A stretch of 64,000 nucleotides of DNA from Polyangiales bacterium (lineage in GTDB: Bacteria > Myxococcota_A > Polyangia > Polyangiales > Ga0077539): NCBI GenBank assembly GCA_044229975.1, contig JBGARZ010000027.1, positions 1 through 64,000 on the forward strand, read 5' to 3'. The position numbers and the translations under genes are program-made. Positions 21,066 to 29,417 of the stretch are shown here, piece after piece. How positions within the stretch are numbered: position 1 is the stretch's first letter; every line of letters begins with the position of its first letter. The notes under the pieces are model-generated. The model saw nothing but the letters and a program-made list of their open reading frames with translations. It searched no databases and was not told where the DNA came from.

Positions 21066-22394
21066 CTACCATCTCGTCAGCCGCGGCAGCGACGTAGTCG
21101 GGAATCCTCCCAGGGTGCCCCAGCAGAAGACCTCGTGGTCCGTGCGCAGCGCGCAGGCTCCCCAGACCCCGAGAAACACCCGCTCCACTCGATCGACGCC
21201 GGGTACCAGCGTCGGAGTGGTCGCGCACATCGTGGGCCTGGTGATGCCAGCACAATCCTCACGGCCGTCGAATCCCAGGCCGCCATTCGAGCCATCGCCC
21301 CAACACTGCAATGAACCATCATCCATGACGGCGCAGGTATGGTAGGCGCCCGTCGATATGGCGCGTACACCGGTGAGGCCGGGGTTCACGGGTGTCTCAA
21401 CATCGCCCGGCCAGGCCGAACTCCCGTTGCCCACCTTGCCGTGGGCGTTGAGTCCGAAGCAGCGGACGGTGGCGTCGGGGAGGCGGAAGCAGGTGTGCCC
21501 GCTGCGATGCCCGTCGCCGATCTCCGCTCCGACCGGGATCGTGGCCATCGAGAGGACGTTGGTCGTCGAGTAGTGGCCGTCCCGGTGCCGCATGACCCAG
21601 CTGTAATCTCGCGACCAGATGCCAGTGAGATCAACGAAAGACGGGACGGGTATCGGGACAGGGGATCCGCCGTCGCGCGGCAAGAAGCGATCGATCCCTC
21701 CCCAGCACCAGAGGCTTCCGTCCCGTCGGACGGCGCACACGGCGAAGTCGCCTGCGGCGAACTGCACGACGTCGGTAAGCCCCGAGACGCGCGTCGGGCG
21801 CGTACGGCAAGGGATGGCTCTCGAAAATCCGGGGCACATCTCATCGCCGTCATGCCCCGTACCGAGCATGTGGTCCTCGTTGGAGCCCCAACTCCAGACC
21901 GAACCGTCGCGGGCGATGGCGTAGGTGGAACCGGAGAAGCCGGCCGTCGCCACGTGGGCGATCTCTGGCAGACCCGGGACGGTGACAGCGTCCTCGTGCC
22001 ATTCAGTCGACCCGATCCCGAGGGCTCCGGTCCCGTTGGAGCCGCGGCACCGCACGGTTCCATCGCTGAGCACCGCGCACTGATGACCCTGGTTGCTGAC
22101 CGCAAGTTCCACCACGTACGCGTCGCCAACTCCGGCATCGGCGGCGGGCCCGTCCATCACGGGAGGAGCGTCTCTGCCTGGGGGGACGTCAAGTTCTACT
22201 GGAGGAGTGTCGACGGTCAGAGGAACGTCTGTCGGCGGCGGGGGAGGGGTGTCTGCCGGAGGAACGTCAGGCGCGCTGACCGCGTCGGCCGCGCTTCCGT
22301 CCGCGACGCCACCGTCGGTCTGGGCGTTCTGCACGGTCACCGCACAGGAGGCGGCGAACAGGATTGCGACAATGCCAGACGCCCCGTTTCGCAT
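21066..22394 (-). CDS. RCC1-repeat lipoprotein
   Basis: Lipobox AASC; D/P/A stalk; repeated CAV..DGT/SV.CWG.N..G.LG.G RCC1 units. Confidence 0.9.
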   Translation of the reverse strand: MRNGASGIVAILFAASCAVTVQNAQTDGGVADGSAADAVSAPDVPPADTPPPPPTDVPLTVDTPPVELDVPPGRDAPPVMDGPAADAGVGDAYVVELAVSNQGHQCAVLSDGTVRCRGSNGTGALGIGSTEWHEDAVTVPGLPEIAHVATAGFSGSTYAIARDGSVWSWGSNEDHMLGTGHDGDEMCPGFSRAIPCRTRPTRVSGLTDVVQFAAGDFAVCAVRRDGSLWCWGGIDRFLPRDGGSPVPIPVPSFVDLTGIWSRDYSWVMRHRDGHYSTTNVLSMATIPVGAEIGDGHRSGHTCFRLPDATVRCFGLNAHGKVGNGSSAWPGDVETPVNPGLTGVRAISTGAYHTCAVMDDGSLQCWGDGSNGGLGFDGREDCAGITRPTMCATTPTLVPGVDRVERVFLGVWGACALRTDHEVFCWGTLGGFPTTSLPRLTRW

Positions 22395-22424
22395 GGCCGA
22401 AACTACCAGCGTGACCGCGTGGCA

Positions 22425-22568
22425 TCAATCGGTCGGACGGAAGGCGCGTCGTACTCCCTCGGCGAAGATCTCCGGCCAGTCGCGAGTGATGACCTCGACG
22501 CCCAGATGGGCCGTGAGCCACTCGGCGAAACGGTCGATCGAGCGGTCGGGCAGCAGTCCCACCAGCTC
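22425..22568 (-). mobile_element. ISL3-family transposase relic 2
   Basis: Minus strand reads ELVGLLPDRSIDRFAEWLTAHLGVEVITRDWPEIFAEGVRRA*; no start codon, so absent from the ORF track. Confidence 0.75.
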
Positions 22569-23193
22569 GCTGTCGTCCTCGCGTCATCTCCCGCCTCGGC
22601 AGCGATCACCGAGTCGCTCGGCGACCGCGACCTGCGCCCCCGGCCGCGCGTCACCCGCGCCGACGTCGACGCGCTCCGCCGGCGGGGCCCGATGCGCTGC
22701 GACGCGGACCGCGCTCCGCGGCTCGCCGGTGTGCCGACAGTAAGGCGGCGGGCGTGACCGACGGCGGGACCGTCGTGGGGTTCGCGACGGCGTTCGAACT
22801 CCTACGGTACGAGCTCGATCCGATCGCCGACGGAGCGCCGGAGGACCTCCTGCTGGACGCGATCGTGCGCGCCCGGGCAGAGGTGCTCGCTCGGACGCGC
22901 ACGTGCCCCTCGGGCGCGGTGACCGACCTCGCGGCGGCGGCCGTCCTGCGGGATCTCGGCGCGGACGCCGCACGGCTCGCGCGCTGAGGGCCACGAGCGC
23001 CGCGCGGCGGAGGCCCTCCGAGAGCCGACGCGGCGGGCGGACGAGCTCCGCGCGCGAGCTTCGCGCCGGCGCGGCCGCGCTGCTCACGTGGTGGGTCCGG
23101 GCGGCGAGGCGCTCCGCCGACCGGCGCCGTGCACCGCCCCGGAGGTGGCTCACGAACGCTTCGTGCGGTGTTGATGGCAATGGAGAAGAGATA

Positions 23194-23554
23194 GCGATTC
23201 GGCGGAGCGCCACTGCGGATGGGTGACGATCGGTCGTCCGTCAGCGCGGTGGTTCGGAGCGCTCGCTCGCCGCATCGGGCGTGTGGAGGTCGCGGGGCTT
23301 CTTGCCGAGCCTGGTCGGTGCCTCCGCCGCGCCGACTCCTTTCGCGGTGAAGTACTTCGTCGACCGCTTCTCTCGCCTGACTTGCGGAGCACGCCCATCG
23401 AGCGGCTGCTCGCCAGGGGCACGCGGATGTCGATGCGGGAGCTACCGAGCGCCCGCTGAATCTCCTCGTTGCCGATCCCGGGCTCTTTCTGGAGGAGCGC
23501 CGCGATCTCGTCGAGGCTCGCCTTCAGCCGCCGGGGGAGGGCAGGTCTGACCCC
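23194..23554 (-). pseudogene. Truncated, frameshifted copy of the DNA-binding gene at 17424-17960
   Basis: High nucleotide identity to ~17377-17736; 2-nt insertion (CTTCTCTCGCC vs CTTCTCGCC) near 23370; 5' half absent. Confidence 0.85.
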
Positions 23555-23764
23555 GACGCCCGGGAGCGTGCAGATTGCGCGACGGTGGGGCCATGGCGTG
23601 CCATCCACCCTGGAAGCGTCACCACGCCGGACAGGGTCGGCACGGCCGCCGTTTCGATGGCCGCGTGGCCGCCCGGACACGACAGCGTGGCTGCCCCTGG
23701 ACGCACGCACCTCGCCGCGGGCGCGCCCCGGCGGACGGCACACCCCGTGCGAACGCGCGGCGCA

Positions 23765-26236
23765 ATGACCCTCCACCGTTCGGCCCCGTGGCGGCTGCTG
23801 GCGCTCTCGCTCGCGCGCACCGCCCACGCGCAGCAGCGACCGCCGCTCCTCGCCGTCCGCCTCCCCGCGCACGCTGCGTCGCCGGGCCGGCCCATCGCGC
23901 CCCTGCACGGCGCCCGCACCGCCAGCGACCGGCCGCGCTTCCGCTGGGAGCCGCCATCCCGCACGGCGTCGCCAACGTTGGAGGTCTCCCGCACCCGGAA
24001 CTTCACCGGCGAGGTGATCCGCGCTCCCGCGACGGGCGATGGCGGCGTCCTGCCCGACGCGCTCGCCGCGGGGCGATGGTACTGGCGTCTCGCACCCGGG
24101 GGGGCGCCGTCGATGTTCGTTGTGCGCGCCAACCACGGATCGTCCGACGTGTCGTGGGGCACCGAACCGGACCCCGACGGCGACGGCGAAAGCGACGTCG
24201 TGTTCGCGACGATGCGCTCGGGGGAGCTCGGCGGCGGAGCGTTCCCCGTTTCGGAGCTCGACGCGACGAACGCGATGTTCTCCTCGCGGTGGTTCTCGCC
24301 GGCGGGTGAGCGGTGGGTGGCACTCTCGAGCATGGGCGACCTCGACGGCGACGGCGCGACCGACCTCTTCAGCCTCGGGGTGACCGACGGACGCCTCGCC
24401 ACGCACTTCTTCTCGCCGCGCGTGGGCGCCGTCGCGCGCCCGGCCTGGGGCCTCGAACCGGCGGGCGACGTCGTCGTCGTGAGCGCGTTCCCGGTAGGCG
24501 ACCTCGACCGCGACGGGCGGGCCGACCTCGCCGGGACGCTCGTCCACCAGCGCCGGGTACACCCGTGGATCGTCACGCTCAGCGGGCAGGTGGTCGTGCT
24601 CGACCCCGTCGACGACGCGACCGAAGGGGTGCAGGTCGTCGACGCGGGCGACGCCAACGCCGACGGCTATGCGGACGTGGCCTTCGTCGGCCGTCGCGCG
24701 TCTTCCGCCCACGGCTGCGCTCTCTGGGTTCCGGGCAGCCCCGGCGGGGTCGACACGACGCGCTCGCGCCGGCTGTGCGCGACCACCGACGCGGAGTGGC
24801 GCCTCGTGGGCCCCGCCGCCGCGGGCGACTTCGACGGCGACGGCGACGCGGACCTCGCGTTCGCTTGGCGCGACCAGGGCTCCGGGCGACGGCGCGTGGC
24901 GGTCTTCGCCGGGTCAACGGAGCCGCTCGCGCCCGAACCGATAGCGCTGTTCGACGCGGGGCCCGGCTCCTACGGCGACGCGCTCCTCTTCGCCGACGCC
25001 GACGGCGACGGGCGAGACGAGCTCTGGATCGGTGACCCCGACGCGAGCCGCGGCCGCGGCCGCGTCACCGTCGTCGGCCGCGAACGCCCCGCCGTCGTGC
25101 TGCGCGGCGATGATGACAGTGCGAACTTCGGCTCGGACCTCGTGAACCTCGGCGCGGCCTCCGCGCGCGGCGATGCCCGGGTCGCGACCGGCCGCTTCCC
25201 CGCGCCCGCCCTCAACCGGCGCATCGGCGTGATGGGCGGCTCGCCCGCGACCCTCCGCGCGTCGATCGTCGAGAACACCGTCGCCGCGGCGGGCGTCCGC
25301 GTATTCGCAGCCGTGCTGCCGTCGGCGCCGACGGTCGTCGCGGAGATGGACGCCGTGCTCGCGCGCCGACCGGGCGCCTTCGAGGCGATGGTCCGACGCC
25401 GTCCGCGGCTGGCGATCGCACTCGCCACCATCGCCGCGAGCGAGGCGGGGGACGCGCGCGCTGTCATCGCGCTCGACGCCCGGCAGCGGGGGTTGGCGCC
25501 CGACAGGTACCTGTCCCTGGAGGTCGAGGGCGCAGGGCCACTGGCGCGCGCGTTCGACGCGCTGCGGGTGGGCCTGCTGTCCGAGGTCGGCGACGGCTAC
25601 GTCACGCCACCGCTCGCCGTCTGTCAGGCGATGATGCGCCACCCCGCCGTCGCCCTCTCTCGCTTCGACGACCGCTGGGGGTCGGGGCAGAGCGGTCCTT
25701 CGGAAGAGGTGCGCGACCGCTGCTACGAGCCGCTCGTTCGCGCGACCCTCGCCGACCCTACGCGCGCTGACGCCGCGCTCGACGCCGCCGACCTGCTGCG
25801 CTTCGTCCACGCGCGCGTGGCGCCGAGGCCGTCGCCGTTGACGGCCGGGTCCATCGTCAACGGCTTCCTCATGGGCGGCGTGGACGCGGTCGACGGGGTC
25901 CTGTTCGGGGCGATGCCCGGCGCGCCGCCAGGCCCCGAGCGGCTTGCCGCCGCGGACCGCCGTCTGAACCGCGCCGTTGCTGCCACGCGGTCCATCCTGC
26001 TCGGGCTCGACGAGCGGGTGATGGCGTTCCGCGCGGGGGTCGACGCCGTGGTGTTTGACGCCGCGGCGGGAGCCTGCGCAATGCGCCGCCTGCGGGGCCT
26101 CTCCGCGGACGAAGACGCGTGTCGGGCCTGGCTCGGCATCACAGTGAGGGAGGCGCTCGCGAATTGGCTCACCGAGGCGTGGGGCACGCCCGCCGAAGGG
26201 CAGGAGGGCGAGCTCTCCACCGACCCGGTGTGGTGA
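23765..26236 (+). CDS. Secreted FG-GAP/VCBS-repeat protein with helical C-terminal extension
   Basis: ATG 23765; signal peptide ending AHA-Q; Ca-binding loops GDLDGDGATDL, GDLDRDGRADL, GDANADGYADV, GDFDGDGDADL, ADADGDGRDEL. Confidence 0.85.
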   Translation: MTLHRSAPWRLLALSLARTAHAQQRPPLLAVRLPAHAASPGRPIAPLHGARTASDRPRFRWEPPSRTASPTLEVSRTRNFTGEVIRAPATGDGGVLPDALAAGRWYWRLAPGGAPSMFVVRANHGSSDVSWGTEPDPDGDGESDVVFATMRSGELGGGAFPVSELDATNAMFSSRWFSPAGERWVALSSMGDLDGDGATDLFSLGVTDGRLATHFFSPRVGAVARPAWGLEPAGDVVVVSAFPVGDLDRDGRADLAGTLVHQRRVHPWIVTLSGQVVVLDPVDDATEGVQVVDAGDANADGYADVAFVGRRASSAHGCALWVPGSPGGVDTTRSRRLCATTDAEWRLVGPAAAGDFDGDGDADLAFAWRDQGSGRRRVAVFAGSTEPLAPEPIALFDAGPGSYGDALLFADADGDGRDELWIGDPDASRGRGRVTVVGRERPAVVLRGDDDSANFGSDLVNLGAASARGDARVATGRFPAPALNRRIGVMGGSPATLRASIVENTVAAAGVRVFAAVLPSAPTVVAEMDAVLARRPGAFEAMVRRRPRLAIALATIAASEAGDARAVIALDARQRGLAPDRYLSLEVEGAGPLARAFDALRVGLLSEVGDGYVTPPLAVCQAMMRHPAVALSRFDDRWGSGQSGPSEEVRDRCYEPLVRATLADPTRADAALDAADLLRFVHARVAPRPSPLTAGSIVNGFLMGGVDAVDGVLFGAMPGAPPGPERLAAADRRLNRAVAATRSILLGLDERVMAFRAGVDAVVFDAAAGACAMRRLRGLSADEDACRAWLGITVREALANWLTEAWGTPAEGQEGELSTDPVW

Positions 26237-26491
26237 GCGGCGAGTGGCGCATCCGCCGCGACCCCCTTCAAACCCATGGAGTCCTTCCACGAGTATCGCG
26301 GACCCCACGTGGGTGCGGCCTGGGCGATCTGTAAACCTGAGAGAACTCGTGCCGACGACGGTGCCGCGTTGGGCCTCCCATCCCCTCGTCGAGCAGGCGC
26401 CAAAGTGGCCACGCGTCGGTGCAATCGACCTCCGCGGAGTGCAGCTCGAAGTCCATGTTGGGCGTGACGCGCGAGGCATCGGCGTAGGGGA

Positions 26492-27049
26492 TCATCCCCG
26501 TTGGTACGGGTCCGCTTCAGTTCCCAGAGCGCCCAGAGCGCGAAGTACACGGGCGGACAACGTGTGTCCGGAGCATCCGTCGCACCCCCTGGAGAGTTCG
26601 CTGGCCTCGATGCTGATGGTCGTGAGTGCTTCGTTGGCGTGGCGGTCGCGCAGACGAAAAACGGGGCCTCCGCGGAGCAGCGCGACGACCTCGCCGACGG
26701 GGACGCCGGGGTCGCGCCACCGGTAGCCCCCGTCGATGCCGAGGCGGTAGCCCCAGCGGTGTAGCGCGTGGTCTGCGAGGCTGAACCACTCCAGTCCTCC
26801 CGCGACGGACGCTGCGTAGCCGCCCTGTCGTGCGTCACCGCCGACGCCGATGCTGAGGGTCTCGACGAGGGCGGAGTTGTGCCCGTCACGGGAGGCGGAG
26901 CCGAAGCCCGCGACGCCCGTGACGGTGGCCTGGGTGATGATGGGTCCGCCGGAGTAGATGAGGGTCTCGGGGCCGCCGCGAACGCCGTAGACGCAGCCGC
27001 CGAGGAGCCACGCGCTGAGCGCGCAGTAGGTTTCCTGGCGTCGTTTGAC
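26492..27049 (-). pseudogene. Start-less lipoprotein/outer-membrane-protein-like reading frame
   Basis: 186-codon open frame VKRRQETYCALSAWLLGGC-VYGVRGG...WGYRLGIDGGYRW. It begins GTC where a GTG start is expected, and an in-frame TAG lies just upstream. Confidence 0.55.
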
Positions 27050-27138
27050 GCCCGACGCGGACCGCAGGCACTATCCGCGGCGTGAGTGAGGGGGGCAACA
27101 ATCTCCGCAAGACCGCCCAACCGTCACACTCGCGACGG

Positions 27139-28656
27139 ATGCGTCGTGTCGTACTCGCAACGCTGGGCGCCCTCGCGTTGGGATGCCGTCCGTCGGCGAC
27201 GCTGCTCGGTCCGGTGGATGCCACGGCAGACGTTCGCGGCGAGGTCGCCCTGGCGGACACGACTTCCGATCACGCCGACACTCCTCCCGAGGCGCAATCC
27301 CTGGACGTCCCGACGGTCCCGGACGTAGGCGACCCGCGTCCCGACGTCCCGGTGGTCCCGGACACGGGCAACCCGCGTCCCGACGTTCCGACGGTCCCGG
27401 ACACAGGCGACCTGCGTCCCGACGTTCCGACCGTCGTGGACGTGGGGGTCGACGTCGTCACCGACGTCCCGCCGTTCTGTGCGCCGGGGAGCGCGACCTG
27501 CGGCTCCGACGGATCCCGCCTCGTCTGCGAGGCCAGCGGCTCGCGATGGTCCTCCGCCCCTTGCGCTGCTGGGGAGACGTGCGCGTCAGGGACCTGCGTG
27601 GACCCCCTCGCGCGCGGCCTGGTCGCCCGCTACGCGTTCGACGGAAACGTGGACGACTCGAGCGGGGCGGGCGCCCCCAGCGGCGTCATCGCCGGTGCCG
27701 TCCCCGACACGGACCGGTGCGGGCACGTGCGTTCGGCCTACCGGTTCAACGGCGCGGCGTCGATCGCGTTCCCGACGAACCCGCGGGTCCCGGTCGGCGG
27801 CGCGCCCAGGACCCTCGCGCTGTGGTGGAAGACCTCCGACGTGAGCGCCGGGTTCCGCACGGCCGCCAATTGGGGGCTACCGGTCACGCTCCAGCGCTTT
27901 CAGATCTCGGCGTCCGGGCGGGTCGTCCTGGTCGCCCTCGCGACCTACGGCTTCCACGGAACGAGGGTCACGAGCGACGGCGCGTGGCACTCCGTCGTCG
28001 CCGCCTACGACGGCACGACCACGCGCCTCTACGTCGACGGTACGGCGGACGGGTCGGAGACGCGCACCCTCAACACCATGGGCCAGTCGCTGATGGTCGG
28101 TCGCGCCGTCCCCGGCAACCCGACGGACGAGTTCTTCGTCGGAACGATCGACGACGTGAGGGTCTACGACCGCGCCCTCTCGCCCGGCGACGTCGCGTCG
28201 CTGAGCGCGCGCGGCCCCTGTGCTCCGTGGGCCGACGTGTTCGCCTCCTTCTCGGGGCCGGTAAATTGGGACTCCGCCAGGGCGGACTGCGTCGGCCGCG
28301 GCGGCGACCTCGCGCACGTGGAGTCCGCGACAGAGAACGCGGCGGCTTCCGAGGCGTGCGAGGGCGCGACCGGGGGCCCGGGGCCCGACACTGGCTGCTG
28401 GATGGGCGCCCAGGCGCCGTTCTCCGTGTGGCAGAACGGTCGCCCCGTGTCGTTCACGAATTGGTCTCCCGGGGAGCCGTCCCGCGAGGCCGCGGCGCGG
28501 TGCCTGTGGATGTACAACGGCACGTTCGCGTCGAGCCGGCCGAACAGCGGGCGTTGGGACGATCAGGGCTGCGGGCTCACCGTCAGCTACCTGTGCCGTC
28601 TGCCCGATTCGTCGCGCGCCATCGGAGCCGCCGCGGTGGCGCGCGCCCGCCCGTAG
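27139..28656 (+). CDS. Lipoprotein with LamG-like jellyroll and C-type lectin domains
   Basis: Lipobox ALGC; GLVARYAFDG, WHSVVAAYDG...LYVDG, FVGTIDDVRVYDRALS (LamG); WDSARADC...CWMG...FTNWSPGEP...C...WDDQGC...YLC (CTL). Confidence 0.9.
   Translation: MRRVVLATLGALALGCRPSATLLGPVDATADVRGEVALADTTSDHADTPPEAQSLDVPTVPDVGDPRPDVPVVPDTGNPRPDVPTVPDTGDLRPDVPTVVDVGVDVVTDVPPFCAPGSATCGSDGSRLVCEASGSRWSSAPCAAGETCASGTCVDPLARGLVARYAFDGNVDDSSGAGAPSGVIAGAVPDTDRCGHVRSAYRFNGAASIAFPTNPRVPVGGAPRTLALWWKTSDVSAGFRTAANWGLPVTLQRFQISASGRVVLVALATYGFHGTRVTSDGAWHSVVAAYDGTTTRLYVDGTADGSETRTLNTMGQSLMVGRAVPGNPTDEFFVGTIDDVRVYDRALSPGDVASLSARGPCAPWADVFASFSGPVNWDSARADCVGRGGDLAHVESATENAAASEACEGATGGPGPDTGCWMGAQAPFSVWQNGRPVSFTNWSPGEPSREAAARCLWMYNGTFASSRPNSGRWDDQGCGLTVSYLCRLPDSSRAIGAAAVARARP
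27304..27440 (+). repeat. 39-bp coding tandem repeat, about 3.5 copies (DVPTVPDTGDPRP)
   Basis: GACGT(C/T)CCG... units recur at 27304, 27343, 27382 and 27421. Confidence 0.85.
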
Positions 28657-28663
28657 CCCGCAC

Positions 28664-29265
28664 TCAAGGCGCGCAGCAGAGCACGTACGCCGTCGTCGCC
28701 GGGATCGTCCCGCCGTCGGTGGTGCACATGTGCACCGCGTGCTCGACGCACCCGTCGCTGCTGCGGTGCGACCACGGCCGTAAGACGTCGAGGTCGCGAG
28801 CCGCCAGCCCTCGGGGTAGACTCCCGAAGCCGTGCACGCGCTCGTGCCCGCGAGGTTCGCCACCGCGGGCGTCTCCCCGCCGGACGTCGCGACCGAGTCG
28901 TCGCCCCACAGCGTCGTCGCCGGATCGGTTTAGAGAATCCACCCCATCGTGTCGGCCGGCACGAAGTCCGGGGCGGGACCCGGCGTCGCATTCATGTCCG
29001 CGGGGTTGCAAAAGTGCCAGCCCGGCGCGCACACCGCGGCCGCCGTCGACGTCGCCGTCGCGAAGCTCACCCTCGCCCCGCACGCCGCGATGCGCGGGAA
29101 CCTTGCCACGTCCGTGAACCCCCGCCGCGGCCCCGCCGCGCACCCGAGCGCCGCCCGGCAGCGCCCCGACTCGCACGCCTCGCCCGCGCCGTACGCACGC
29201 ACGTCCGCAGGCGCCGCAGTTGGCCGGGTCGTTGCGCAGGTTGCGCTCGCCGCCGTCGGCCTCGA
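28664..29265 (-). pseudogene. Decayed Cys-rich secreted protein (C-terminal part)
   Basis: NLRNDPANCGACGRAC repeat, a frameshift near 29195, an in-frame TAA at 28930-28932, a second frameshift near 28780, ending AYVLCCAP*. Confidence 0.7.
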
Positions 29266-29417
29266 TCCGCGTCAGCGAGCGTATCGGGATGACGTACGAA
29301 GGCGAGGTGGACTGCTAAGGGGAGCGCACGGGGCGGCACGTGATCGCCCGGCGGGCGTAGTCCCACGGCCCACCGCCAGGACTTGCCGAGGCGTGACCGT
29401 CGGCAGACCATCGGGCG

